A stretch of 32,000 nucleotides of DNA from Solitalea canadensis DSM 3403 (GCF_000242635.2 NC_017770.1:1468669-1500668); one strand, 5' to 3'; positions 20,452 through 30,213 are shown, numbered from the stretch's first letter. Made by a program: numbers and translations. Notes: a model not told the origin generated them from the letters alone.

Positions 20452-23400
20452 TTAAAAGTCGAATGATAAACCTGCGAAGAAGCTCCGTGAAAGAGGATAG
20501 AGACCTCTGTCAACTCCACGGGCAAACGTCGAATAATTAACAATTCCCGGATCATAACCTGTGTATTTAGTAATGGTAAACACATTAGTAGCTCCGGCAT
20601 ATATTCTAAGACTATTCAGTTGTGGCAGCTTAACCTTATATCCGATCTGGATGCTTTTTAAACGGAAGTAAGAACCATTTTCAAGGAAACGATCAGAAGG
20701 AAGGCTGTTGTTGCCATTTGGGTCCTGAACTGTAGTACGTGGAATATCTGAATTAGGGTTTTCCGGAGTCCATGCATCTAGCAAATCTGTAGACTTATTA
20801 TGAATGGTATTCTGATACATCAGGCGTTTTGCACCGTTGTAAATTTTGTTACCCTGTGCACCCTGAAATAGCATGCTCATATCGAAACGTCCCAAACTTA
20901 AGTTTGCGGTTAGGCCGTATTCGAACTTAGGTAAACCACTTCCCATAAAGATGCGATCGTCATCATTTAATTCGCCATCGCCATTGGTATCAACAAATTT
21001 CACATCACCAAGCTGGGCATTAGGCTGATAGGCTTTAACAGCATCTAAATCTTGTTGGGTTTTAATTACTCCTGCCGTTTTATATAAATAGAATCGTCCG
21101 ATTTCTCCACCTACTTCTGTTCTGGTAGTAGGGAAGTTGTTGAAATCCATATAACCGTCAGTGAAAGATTCACCTGCGAAACCAAGTTTAGTCACCTTGT
21201 TGCGGTTCAAGGTAAAGTTTCCGGTTACGTCAAATTTTAGTTTTCCTGCAGTGCCTCTGTATGAAAGAGCCATGTCAATACCCTTGTTCTCCATTTCAGC
21301 TGCATTTTTGTATGGATTAAACAACAGACCTCCACTTAAAGGAAGCGGAACTGTAACCAACATGTCGCTGGTGCGGGTTTTAAATACGTCAACTACAAAT
21401 GTTAGTTTTTCATTCAACACTGAAAGATCCACTCCGGCGTTAAAAGTGGCTGATTCTTCCCATTTAATATCAGGGGCTGAAGCAGAAGTTACAATACCGC
21501 CAGTAAAGATTTTCTGGCGAATTCCGGTTCCTAAAGGATAGTTCACTGCATCATTACCTGCATTAATAACAGGAGGCAGGTATTGATAATTTGGAATGCT
21601 CTGATTTCCTAAAGTTCCGTAACCGGCACGGATCTTCAGGTCGTTAATTACTGATGATTGGAAGAATTTTTCGCTGCTAACTCTCCATGCTCCTGAAAAC
21701 GAATAAAAAGTTCCATACTTGTAGCTTGGTGCAAAGCGTGAGGATCCGTCAACACGGACAGTTGCTGCCAGTAAATACTTGTCATTGTAGGCATAATTGG
21801 CTCTTGCAAACCATGAAATCAGTGAGCTTTCAACCAGTGTACCTCCAGAAGATTTATCTCCCAAACCCGAATTTAATGCCCACAGATCGTTTGATGGCAG
21901 GTCATTATTACTGCCTGATAGTGAACGCAGGCGATCGCTTTCCTGAGAATATCCTGCAAGAGCATTCAGCGCATGAACATTATTAAATGTTTTATTGAAA
22001 GTTAACACAGCATTCAAGATGCTGCGATTGTATTTACTTCTTCCTTCATATAACTGGGCATTAGGGTTTTGAACTTTTGCACCCATGTAATAAGTAGGAA
22101 TATGCGAATAGGCATAGCTGTCGTCGAGATTAATACCATATTGCAAACGGAATGATAATGGTTGAAGGATTTGATATTCACCATAAATATTCCCTATTAA
22201 TGAGGTACGTTGCTCCGAATTGTCTACCAACGTCTGAATACCTACCGGATTGGTGGCATCGATCATTTCTGTTCCGATTCTGCCTCCGAAACCACCGTCA
22301 TTTTCAGAATTGTATACAGGAAACTGAGGAACACGGTTAATCATTTCATAGATTAACGGATAACCTGCATTTTGTTGGTTTGCGGTACTTTCATTAGAAC
22401 CTTCCAGCATGCGTCGGTCTGATGAAAGAAAAGTCATCGACTCGCCAAATTTGAATTTTCCTTTGGTGATATCTGTGTTTACCTGTACGTTATATTTCTG
22501 AAAATTAGTGTTGATTACAATACCTTTCTGATCGTATCTGCCCAATGATACATTCATTTTAAGATCCTTTGACCCGCCCGAAAGACTTAAATCGATTTTG
22601 CTTTCCGGTGCGGCCTGAAAAAATTCATCCTGCCAGTCGGTATTCGGGTAAGCTTGTGTTTGACCGTTGCCATCTACATAAGTATTGCTTGCAGTGTAAT
22701 CAAGTGGGGCTTCTCCATCATTCTTTTGCGTCTGCAACATGATCTGATTGTATTGCGACTGGTTGGTAATGGGTAAACGTTTTGAAAGCTGGTTTACTCC
22801 ATAGTAAGAATTGACATTGACTTTTATTTTTCCGTCTGTGCCTCGCTTGGTAGTTACCTGGATTACACCGTTTGAAGCTCTTGAACCGTAAATAGTAGCT
22901 GCAGAGGCATCTTTAAGTACATCAATCGATTGAATATCATTCGGATTTACAGAATTGATATCACCCGGAATACCATCGATCACATACAAAGGATCATTGT
23001 TTCCGATCGTACTTAATCCGCGAACTCTGATAATAGGAGCAGCGCCGGGATCTCCGGAACCTGGTGCCACCATAACACCTGCTGCTTGTCCCTGAAGCAT
23101 GGTACCCACATCGCCGCCAGTGAGTTTTTCCATGTTTTTAACATTAACACTTGAAACTGCACCTACAACATCGCGTTTGCGTTGTGTACCATAACCTACT
23201 ACAACTACTTCTTCAAGTCCTTTTGCTTCGGTTTTTAACTTGATCACAAGCTCTTTACGTCCGTTTACTGCAACTTCCTGAGTTTCAAAACCAATAAAAG
23301 AAGCAATAATGGTTGCATTTGACGGAACATGATTCAGCGTAAACTCTCCATTTCCGTTGGTGCTGGTGCCAATGCCGGTGTTCTTGACAGATATATTAAC

Positions 23401-23829
23401 GCCGGGAAGTTCCTCGCCCTGATCTGACACTACTTTTCCCTTTATGTTTATATTGTCCTTTGGGTCGTTTCCCGATGCCTTGGTCTGCGGACGGAGCATA
23501 ACGATATCCTTGTCATACTTGATTTCAAGGTTAGTTTGTTTGACGATCTCATTAAGTAATTCTTCAACAGTTCGTTCTTTGGAAACAATAGTTACTTTTC
23601 CTGCATTGGTAAGATCGTTGCTGTTGAAAGAGATCTTAACAGAGGTTTTTGATTTTATCTGATTTATAGCACTGACCACCTCAGTATCTTTAAATCCGAT
23701 GGTTATCTTTTGTTGCAGTTCAGGAGCATTCTGGGCTTGTGCTCCCATTGCAATCATAAATCCGGAAAGAAGTGCAAGCACATGCCGTACCAGCTTTCCC
23801 GATAAGGATAGGGTAAATTTTTCATTCAT
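20452..23829 (-). CDS. SusC-type TonB-dependent receptor/transducer with N-terminal signalling (STN) extension
   Basis: 1125 aa with a signal peptide. An STN-like N-extension (ITIGFKDTEVVSAINQIKSKTSVKISF) is followed by a CarboxypepD_reg-like domain (IKGKVVSDQGEELPGVNISV...NGEFTL), a plug (VVVVGYGTQRKRD) and a barrel ending ...AGLSFDF. Confidence 0.92.
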   Translation of the reverse strand: MNEKFTLSLSGKLVRHVLALLSGFMIAMGAQAQNAPELQQKITIGFKDTEVVSAINQIKSKTSVKISFNSNDLTNAGKVTIVSKERTVEELLNEIVKQTNLEIKYDKDIVMLRPQTKASGNDPKDNINIKGKVVSDQGEELPGVNISVKNTGIGTSTNGNGEFTLNHVPSNATIIASFIGFETQEVAVNGRKELVIKLKTEAKGLEEVVVVGYGTQRKRDVVGAVSSVNVKNMEKLTGGDVGTMLQGQAAGVMVAPGSGDPGAAPIIRVRGLSTIGNNDPLYVIDGIPGDINSVNPNDIQSIDVLKDASAATIYGSRASNGVIQVTTKRGTDGKIKVNVNSYYGVNQLSKRLPITNQSQYNQIMLQTQKNDGEAPLDYTASNTYVDGNGQTQAYPNTDWQDEFFQAAPESKIDLSLSGGSKDLKMNVSLGRYDQKGIVINTNFQKYNVQVNTDITKGKFKFGESMTFLSSDRRMLEGSNESTANQQNAGYPLIYEMINRVPQFPVYNSENDGGFGGRIGTEMIDATNPVGIQTLVDNSEQRTSLIGNIYGEYQILQPLSFRLQYGINLDDSYAYSHIPTYYMGAKVQNPNAQLYEGRSKYNRSILNAVLTFNKTFNNVHALNALAGYSQESDRLRSLSGSNNDLPSNDLWALNSGLGDKSSGGTLVESSLISWFARANYAYNDKYLLAATVRVDGSSRFAPSYKYGTFYSFSGAWRVSSEKFFQSSVINDLKIRAGYGTLGNQSIPNYQYLPPVINAGNDAVNYPLGTGIRQKIFTGGIVTSASAPDIKWEESATFNAGVDLSVLNEKLTFVVDVFKTRTSDMLVTVPLPLSGGLLFNPYKNAAEMENKGIDMALSYRGTAGKLKFDVTGNFTLNRNKVTKLGFAGESFTDGYMDFNNFPTTRTEVGGEIGRFYLYKTAGVIKTQQDLDAVKAYQPNAQLGDVKFVDTNGDGELNDDDRIFMGSGLPKFEYGLTANLSLGRFDMSMLFQGAQGNKIYNGAKRLMYQNTIHNKSTDLLDAWTPENPNSDIPRTTVQDPNGNNSLPSDRFLENGSYFRLKSIQIGYKVKLPQLNSLRIYAGATNVFTITKYTGYDPGIVNYSTFARGVDRGLYPLSRSFFAGLSFDF

Positions 23830-23876
23830 AATAAAAGGGATAGATTGGATATGTTTTAAAATTGGTTGCTAGTTTA

Positions 23877-24920
23877 TTAGTTTTTATTTCTTAATGTGAT
23901 CGTGTTATTTTTTACTTCATAATTAAGGTGGGTAACATAAGCTATCGCAGCAAGCACCTCTTCAGGTTTCTTATTAAGAAATTCACCGTTAAAGCGTACT
24001 GATTTTTTTACATTGGCAGGAGGGACGATCTTCACCCCGTACCAATATTCAAGCTGTGAAGCTATTTGTTCTACAGATGCATCTTTAAAGATCAGCTTGC
24101 CTTCTTTCCAGTTGTTTTCGGCAATCAGGTCAAATGATTGCTTGCGTAAATCCGGACTATCGGCGTTCAGGTAAACAGCTTCTCCCGGATGAAGAATAAC
24201 TTCCATTTTAGATTCATCCTTTAGCTGTTGAGAAACGCGTACTTTCCCTTCCAGAAGTGAAACTTTAAGTTGCTGGTCAAAGTCGTACTGGCGTACTTTA
24301 AATGAAGTTCCTAATGCCTGTACTTTTAGATTACCGGCTGCAACAATAAATGGTTTTTCCTTGTTATGGGCAACATCAAACAATGCTTCTCCTTTAAGGT
24401 TCACTTCTCGTTTTTGCGCATTAAAGTTGTCGGAAATGCTGATGCTTGAGTTTGAGTTAAGTATTACTGAAGTTCCATCAGGCAGTTTAACAGTTTTGCG
24501 CTCGCCTTTAGCTGATGCGTAAGTCGTAAAATGTGCGGTTGCAGTAGAATATGTTTTGGCTGAAAACTCGCGGACGAGCCAGATGCCGCCGATGGAAAGA
24601 ACCACGATGGCGGCAATAGTGGCTACTCGTTGAATTATATTGATTGGCTTAAGTTGGATTGAACGTTTTTGCGAATTTCTATTAATCTCCCATATGGCTT
24701 GCTGTAGCTTACCTAGTTCTTCTTTTTTCTCGGTTTCCGATAATTGAATGGACATAGAAACAAACAAAGACTTTGCTTCTGAAAATTCTGCTTGTTTCTC
24801 CGGATGGTTCTTGATCCATTCTTCCCAAAAGGCAATATCACTTTCATTGCTTTTAAAGCAATAATTAATGAAAGAGTCGTTGGTTAGAAAATCTTCAACA
24901 GTATAACGTTCAAATTGCAT
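23877..24920 (-). CDS. FecR-family anti-sigma factor / transmembrane sensor
   Basis: 347 aa. It has an N-terminal cytoplasmic helix bundle, a single TM helix (IAAIVVLSIGGIWLV), a periplasmic FecR domain (DGTSVILNSNSSI, GEALFDV) and a C-terminal domain that contacts the transducer. It sits between the ECF sigma and SusC genes. Confidence 0.88.
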   Translation of the reverse strand: MQFERYTVEDFLTNDSFINYCFKSNESDIAFWEEWIKNHPEKQAEFSEAKSLFVSMSIQLSETEKKEELGKLQQAIWEINRNSQKRSIQLKPINIIQRVATIAAIVVLSIGGIWLVREFSAKTYSTATAHFTTYASAKGERKTVKLPDGTSVILNSNSSISISDNFNAQKREVNLKGEALFDVAHNKEKPFIVAAGNLKVQALGTSFKVRQYDFDQQLKVSLLEGKVRVSQQLKDESKMEVILHPGEAVYLNADSPDLRKQSFDLIAENNWKEGKLIFKDASVEQIASQLEYWYGVKIVPPANVKKSVRFNGEFLNKKPEEVLAAIAYVTHLNYEVKNNTITLRNKN

Positions 24921-24982
24921 ATTCTTTGTTTTTAGTAAAGAGTATGTCCGACGAAATTTTTACCAAGAAAATTCTAACTTTT

Positions 24983-25570
24983 TTAAAATAATTTTTGGTC
25001 AGATAAAATCCAGCAGATTATTATTGGTAAAGTAACCTCCTGACGCATCAGGCTAATGGCTGCATGAATGGTGTTATAGATTGTTCTTACAGAAATAGAG
25101 GTACGCTCGGCAATTTCTTCATAACTCAATTGCTCAAAGAAACGTAAGCGGATTAATTCTTTTTGCCTTGCAGTGAGTTTATTGATCGCAGCTTCTATGC
25201 GTTGCTTTCTTTCATAATCTTGTTCACGGTCAATAAGCAATTGTTCATATGAACTCACTTCTGGCTCCACAGGCAATGTGTCGTAGGTTTCAAGGGTTCT
25301 TTTGTTGATAGCTTTTATCAATCTGCGTTTATAGCTAATGAAAATATAATGTTGTATCTGACGGATGTCTTCTAGTTTTTCACGCTTGATCCAAAGGTCA
25401 ACAAAGATGCCGTTAATATGTTCTTTTACGACTTCACGGTCATGGCTTAATCGCAGTCCGAAACGAAATAGTTTATCATAGGAAATCTGGTACAAACGAT
25501 AAAAGGCCCGTTCATTACCAAGTTGTACCTCATTCCATAGCCAATTATATTCCTCGTTGTTATCCTGCAT
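24983..25570 (-). CDS. ECF-type RNA polymerase sigma-70 factor
   Basis: 195 aa. Region 2 (FYRLYQISYDKLFRFGLRL...DLWIKR) and a region 4 helix-turn-helix (LSYEEIAERTSISVRTIYNTIHAA) are present. It heads the FecR-SusC-SusD run. Confidence 0.88.
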   Translation of the reverse strand: MQDNNEEYNWLWNEVQLGNERAFYRLYQISYDKLFRFGLRLSHDREVVKEHINGIFVDLWIKREKLEDIRQIQHYIFISYKRRLIKAINKRTLETYDTLPVEPEVSSYEQLLIDREQDYERKQRIEAAINKLTARQKELIRLRFFEQLSYEEIAERTSISVRTIYNTIHAAISLMRQEVTLPIIICWILSDQKLF

Positions 25571-25734
25571 AGCTTAAATAATAGACCGGTTTTTATATCA
25601 AATTTCTGAAGAATATAATTGTATATAATTTGAAGGTACAAAGTTGAATGAAAGAAGTGAAATGCTGTTGAAAATAAAATTGAATTTTATCTCATTAGTG
25701 GAATGAGAAATGGAAATGAGTTTCACATTGATAT

Positions 25735-25774
25735 AATAAAAAAAGGTCCGTCGCAGATTAACCGGACGGACCTT
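25735..25774 (-). terminator. rho-independent terminator after the 162-aa gene
   Basis: On the - strand, AAGGTCCGTC-(12-nt loop)-GACGGACCTT is followed by TTTTTATTAT. It starts 17 nt after the stop at 25792. Confidence 0.8.
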
Positions 25775-25791
25775 CTATTACAATTTGAAAC

Positions 25792-26280
25792 TTATTTAGT
25801 TTCGCTTTCTTCAATTTTGGTTTCTATGAACTTCTTAAGTTCTCTTACACGCTCCATGTATTGTGGTTTCTGCATTGCTTTATCATCCCAAACAATACTC
25901 TTGCATTTTTTTTGATAACACATGTTAATGAAATAGCGAGGAGTTGTAGCTTCCGGTCCGCCAATCATTTGGTCAGGCATATCAAAAAACATCTGGTCCC
26001 ACATTTTCTGGTGGATCTCTTTGATTGTGGCTTCAGGTAAAACCACTTTTTCAGTAATTAAAGAATCCTGTTCATTACGGTATTTTAGCAACTGTGTCTT
26101 CGAATTATAATCGTAAGCCACTTTATCACCGATTGAAGCTTTTACCTCGATATGGTCAAATTCTACAATTTTATAGTGGGCCTTCATAAAGTAGGCCGTA
26201 TAATAATAATATACCATGTAGATCAAAAATGATCCGACGATCATGGTCAATAAATAAATCTTTTTAAATCTGTCACTCAT
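25792..26280 (-). CDS. hypothetical N-terminally membrane-anchored protein (162 aa)
   Basis: One N-terminal TM helix (IYLLTMIVGSFLIYMVYYYY) is followed by a soluble domain with a CxxxxC pair (CYQKKC) and an acidic tail. It lies 31 nt downstream of the DAACS transporter on the same strand and is followed by a strong terminator. I recognise no family. Confidence 0.6.
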   Translation of the reverse strand: MSDRFKKIYLLTMIVGSFLIYMVYYYYTAYFMKAHYKIVEFDHIEVKASIGDKVAYDYNSKTQLLKYRNEQDSLITEKVVLPEATIKEIHQKMWDQMFFDMPDQMIGGPEATTPRYFINMCYQKKCKSIVWDDKAMQKPQYMERVRELKKFIETKIEESETK

Positions 26281-26311
26281 TTTCCTTTAATATATAACCG
26301 TATGCTTAGTA

Positions 26312-27733
26312 TTAATGTTCGCTTACCTTTTCGAGTTCTACATCATCATCAATCGGCTCGCCTAATTCACCTTCCCATTTACTTACCACAGCCGTTGCGA
26401 TACTGTTACCAACCACATTTGTAGCCGAACGTCCCATATCTAATAACGGATCAATTCCTAATAACAATGCAAGACCAGCCTCCGGAATGTTAAATGTTGC
26501 TATAGTTCCCGCGATAACCACTAATGAAGCTCTTGGAACCCCGGCAATTCCCTTACTGGTTAGCATCAATATTAACAACATTGTCATTTGTTGCTCAAAT
26601 GAAAGATGAATGCCATACGACTGTGCAATGAATAATGAAGCAAAAGTCATGTACATCATCGACCCGTCAAGGTTGAAGGAATAGCCTAATGGAAGCACAA
26701 AGCTTACAATTTTGTTTTTACAGCCAAAACGCTCAAGCTGTTCCATGGTTTTAGGGTAGGCAGCTTCACTACTTGCTGTACTAAATGCCAATAAAATAGG
26801 CTCTTTAAGTCGGCCGATAAGGTTGAAAGAGCGTTTGCCTAAAATGGTTGAACCGATTAAGGTTAATATCAACCATAAGAGTAGCAAGCCTCCGTAAAAC
26901 TCAACGATGAAGATGGCATAGGTTGATAAAATACCTAAGCCCTGTTTTGCAATAATGGCGGTCATGGCTCCGAAAACTGCAAATGGAGCGAAGTTCATTA
27001 CATAACCGGTAACTTTTAATATAACATGGGCAACTGCATCAAACAATTTGATAACAATTTTTCCCTGCTCACCAATAGCAGCTGTTGCAACACCAAAGAA
27101 TAAGGCAAATACAACGATTTGCAAGATCTCATTGGTAGCCATTGATTCAATTACACTTTTAGGGAATACGTGTGCAATAAAGTCTCTGAAACTCAATGCT
27201 GCTTTTTGTATACCTGTGCTTGTATGACTGTCGGGCAGTGGAAGGTTCATTGCTTCTCCCGGGCGGAAGACGTTTACCAATATCATTCCTAATACCAGCG
27301 AAAGTAAACTTGCGCTAAGGAACCATAATAAGGTCTTTCCGCCAATACGGCCAACAGCCCTGATGTCACCCAATTTTGCCACACCCACAATAAGCGTGGT
27401 AAGTACCAACGGAGCAACGATCATTTTTATCAATCGCAGGAAAATGTCACTTAAAACGGTAAACATTTCAAGTTTTTTCTCGCGCGCTTTATCATTTTCT
27501 GATTTACTTTTTTGAGCAGTTACAATCTCAGCTTTTAATTGCTTGTAGTCAGCTGAGGTACTATCAGTAACGGTAGTCAGCTTTTTTTCAGCCTGTTCGA
27601 TTTGGGCTGTGGCTTTTATAATACCGTCATTATAAGTATGGATGTAGGAAATGTTTAGCACATAACCCAATACAATGCCCAAAATGAGGGCAATAAAAAT
27701 ATAAAGGGTTAGTCTGTTTTTCTTCTGCTTCAT
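26312..27733 (-). CDS. dicarboxylate/amino acid:cation symporter (DAACS; GltP/DctA family)
   Basis: Family blocks are present: IFLRLIKMIVAPLV, SSEAAYP, GYSFNLDGS, TSKGIAGVPRASL and DMGRSATNVVGNS. I prefer ATG 27733 (MKQKKNR). The track start at 27760 is a TTG overlapping a -7-like box. There is a ~55-aa hydrophilic insert after TM1. Confidence 0.88.
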   Translation of the reverse strand: MKQKKNRLTLYIFIALILGIVLGYVLNISYIHTYNDGIIKATAQIEQAEKKLTTVTDSTSADYKQLKAEIVTAQKSKSENDKAREKKLEMFTVLSDIFLRLIKMIVAPLVLTTLIVGVAKLGDIRAVGRIGGKTLLWFLSASLLSLVLGMILVNVFRPGEAMNLPLPDSHTSTGIQKAALSFRDFIAHVFPKSVIESMATNEILQIVVFALFFGVATAAIGEQGKIVIKLFDAVAHVILKVTGYVMNFAPFAVFGAMTAIIAKQGLGILSTYAIFIVEFYGGLLLLWLILTLIGSTILGKRSFNLIGRLKEPILLAFSTASSEAAYPKTMEQLERFGCKNKIVSFVLPLGYSFNLDGSMMYMTFASLFIAQSYGIHLSFEQQMTMLLILMLTSKGIAGVPRASLVVIAGTIATFNIPEAGLALLLGIDPLLDMGRSATNVVGNSIATAVVSKWEGELGEPIDDDVELEKVSEH

Positions 27734-27757
27734 AGAAAAGGATAAATTGATAAACCG

Positions 27758-27765
27758 CAAAACTA
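27758..27765 (-). promoter_or_regulatory. candidate -7 promoter box (TAGTTTTG) for the DAACS operon
   Basis: The - strand TAGTTTTG matches TAnnTTTG 24 nt upstream of ATG 27733. No well-spaced -33 TTG was found. Confidence 0.35.
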
Positions 27766-28004
27766 ATAAAAAGAATGAGCCTACATAGCGTGTGCAATAG
27801 GTTGTAATCAGTTTTCTTTTAAAACAATGATTATAGTTTGTTGGTAATAACCGGAATATGTTATCGGACTCTTATTATTGGTCATACATTCTTATATGTT
27901 GGGCTCTTTTGGTCAGACGACAAATCTTTTCTTTATTGTTCTGCAGATGTAATGAACGCTTAGTTCTTAAGGTAAGAATTTATCTTGAAAGAGGAGAGAG
28001 GTGA

Positions 28005-28036
28005 AAACGAAAAGGCCATCAATACGATGGCCTCTC
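28005..28036 (-). terminator. rho-independent terminator of trxB
   Basis: On the - strand, GAGAGGCCATC-GTATT-GATGGCCTTTTC is followed by GTTTTC. It starts ~22 nt after the trxB stop. Confidence 0.8.
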
Positions 28037-28057
28037 AATAGTATAAAATAAACTAAA

Positions 28058-29032
28058 TTAGTTGCTTAAATCTTCTGCATATACAGAGCTATGCTCTTTT
28101 GCTGCAATATAACGTTCAGCATCTAATGCTGCCATACAGCCTGAACCTGCAGCAGTAACAGCTTGACGATAAATATGGTCTTGTACGTCGCCGGCTGCAA
28201 AAACACCTTCAACATTTGTTTTAGTGCTGCCAGGTTGTGTAATGATATAACCGTTTTCATCCATATCAAGCCAACCTTTGAATACATCTGTATTCGGTTT
28301 GTGGCCGATAGCAACAAAGAAACCGGTAATATCAATTGTTTTTTCTTCTCCGGTTTCGTTATTAACGATAAGTGCACCTGTTACATTTTGTCCATCACCT
28401 AAGATCTCTTTTGTTTCAGAGTGATATAAAACTTCAATGTTTGGCGTATTTAATACGCGGTGTTGCATTGCTTTTGAAGCACGCATTTCACCTTTACGCA
28501 CGATCATGTATACTTTTTGACAAAGTTTGGCAAGGTAAGTTGCTTCTTCAGCTGCGGTATCACCTGCACCAACAATTGCTACATCTTGTTTACGGAAGAA
28601 AAATCCATCGCAAACAGCGCATGCAGAAACGCCAAAACCATTATACTTCTGTTCCGATGGTAATCCCAGCCATTTTGCAGAAGCTCCTGTTGAAATAATT
28701 ACTGCATCAGCAGTTACAGTTTTGCCATCATCCAATGTTACTTTGTGAGGTAACGATGAAAAATCAACGGCAGTTACGATTCCGAAACGTACTTCTGTGC
28801 CAAAACGCTCAGCTTGTTTCTTGAAGTCTTCCATCATTTCCGGACCTTGAGTTCCTTCAGGATAACCTGGAAAATTCTCAACTTCAGTAGTGGTGGTTAA
28901 CTGTCCTCCCGGTTGAAGCCCGGTGTACATAACAGGTTTAAGATCTGCGCGAGCTGCGTAAATTGCCGCTGTATAACCTGCAGGACCCGATCCGATGATC
29001 AGGGTGTGAATGTGTTCTACTTCGTTCGACAT
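28058..29032 (-). CDS. trxB: thioredoxin-disulfide reductase
   Basis: GSGPAGYTAAIYAAR (FAD GxGxxG), redox-active CAVCDG, an NADPH site VAIVGAGDTAAEEA, and GVFAAGDV. Confidence 0.96.
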   Translation of the reverse strand: MSNEVEHIHTLIIGSGPAGYTAAIYAARADLKPVMYTGLQPGGQLTTTTEVENFPGYPEGTQGPEMMEDFKKQAERFGTEVRFGIVTAVDFSSLPHKVTLDDGKTVTADAVIISTGASAKWLGLPSEQKYNGFGVSACAVCDGFFFRKQDVAIVGAGDTAAEEATYLAKLCQKVYMIVRKGEMRASKAMQHRVLNTPNIEVLYHSETKEILGDGQNVTGALIVNNETGEEKTIDITGFFVAIGHKPNTDVFKGWLDMDENGYIITQPGSTKTNVEGVFAAGDVQDHIYRQAVTAAGSGCMAALDAERYIAAKEHSSVYAEDLSN

Positions 29033-29106
29033 TTTTGTTCTTTCTCTTTATTATGTTTAGGTTATTGATTGGTTACTAAATCTAAGCTATAAGTTAATAC
29101 CTTTAA

Positions 29107-30192
29107 TTAGCAAAGGAATCCTCCGCCAATTAAATCATTTCCTTCATAGAATACAGCTGATTGTCCCGGCGCAATAGCCGATACCGAATGATCAAAATTC
29201 ACTTTGATCAAATCACCGTCCTGGACAATAGTACTCATTGTACCTGAATCTTTATACCTGATTTTTGTAACAGCTTCGATAGGCTGATTAATAGAATCGT
29301 ATTTGATCAGATTGTGATTTCTTACAAACGCCTGAGCGCTTTTTAAATCTTCTTCCTTTCCTAAAACAACGGTATTGGTTTCGGGTATAATGCGGGTAAC
29401 AAATACCGGTTCTCCCAATGCAATACCTAATCCTTTACGCTGACCAATAGTGTAAAATGGGTATCCTTTATGTTTTCCAACTTTTCTTCCGTCTGTTAAC
29501 ACAAAATCGCCACCATCAACACGCGATTCTAAATCTGGGACGCGGTGTTTCAGGAAAGAACGGTAATCATTATCAGGAACAAAACAGATCTCATAACTTT
29601 CACTTTTGTTAGCCAAATCTACCTGACCCATATCCATTGCCATTTGGCGAATTTCTGTTTTCTTAAAGCCTCCTAATGGAAGTTTAGTTCTGCTTAAGTT
29701 ATATTGAGAAACACCCCAAAGTACATAGGATTGATCTTTATTGTCATCCAGACCTTTGGAAACGACATAACGGTTATTTTCTTGGCGGATCTGAGCATAA
29801 TGTCCGGTAGCAATAAACTCACAATCCAGTTTATCTGCACGTTTCATCAACGCTTCCCACTTAATGTGTGTATTACACAATACACATGGATTAGGTGTGC
29901 GTCCGGCAAGGTATTCATCAACAAAATTGTCGATAACAAAATTGCCAAACTCATCACGGATATCTAATATATAATGGGGAAATCCATATTCAACGGCTAA
30001 AGAGCGAGCATCGTTTATAGAATCCAAGCTACAACAGCCTGTTTCTTTTGATGATGAACCGGAAGATGCATAATCCCAGGTCTTCATGGTGAGGCCAATA
30101 ACTTCATAGCCTTGCTCATGAAGCATAATAGAGGCTACTGAACTATCGATGCCTCCACTCATTGCCACTAAAATTCTTCCGTGTTTACTCAT
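29107..30192 (-). CDS. mnmA: tRNA 2-thiouridine(34) synthase
   Basis: PP-loop VAMSGGIDSSV, catalytic Cys contexts (NPCVLCN, ESYEICF) and DQSY; 361 aa. Confidence 0.95.
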   Translation of the reverse strand: MSKHGRILVAMSGGIDSSVASIMLHEQGYEVIGLTMKTWDYASSGSSSKETGCCSLDSINDARSLAVEYGFPHYILDIRDEFGNFVIDNFVDEYLAGRTPNPCVLCNTHIKWEALMKRADKLDCEFIATGHYAQIRQENNRYVVSKGLDDNKDQSYVLWGVSQYNLSRTKLPLGGFKKTEIRQMAMDMGQVDLANKSESYEICFVPDNDYRSFLKHRVPDLESRVDGGDFVLTDGRKVGKHKGYPFYTIGQRKGLGIALGEPVFVTRIIPETNTVVLGKEEDLKSAQAFVRNHNLIKYDSINQPIEAVTKIRYKDSGTMSTIVQDGDLIKVNFDHSVSAIAPGQSAVFYEGNDLIGGGFLC

Positions 30193-30205
30193 ATTTTTTA
30201 AACCG

Positions 30206-30213
30206 CAAAGATA
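30206..30213 (-). promoter_or_regulatory. candidate -7 promoter box (TATCTTTG) for mnmA
   Basis: The - strand TATCTTTG matches TAnnTTTG 13 nt upstream of the mnmA ATG, which would give a very short leader. No clear -33 element was found. Confidence 0.3.

Noticed and set aside
19029-23662. Short ORFs inside susD and susC (19029-19268, 20026-20211, 20079-20297, 21161-21541, 21687-21986, 22152-22340, 23444-23662)
   Set aside because: Same reasoning: they are shadow ORFs of long, well-supported genes.
25447-25915. ORFs 25447-25641 (-) and 25703-25915 (+) around the sigma-factor start and the 162-aa gene end
   Set aside because: The first is an alternate frame overlapping the sigma gene's 5' end. 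The second runs antisense through a strong terminator hairpin and into the 162-aa CDS. Neither has motifs.
27734-27760. 9-codon N-terminal extension of the DAACS transporter ORF
   Set aside because: The track start is a TTG that overlaps a TAGTTTTG -7-like box. ATG 27733 (MKQKKNRLTLYIF...) gives a normal basic N-terminus before TM1.
28123-29967. Shadow ORFs within trxB and mnmA (28123-28377, 28163-28402, 28372-28698, 29704-29967)
   Set aside because: They are nested in highly conserved housekeeping genes and have no independent evidence.
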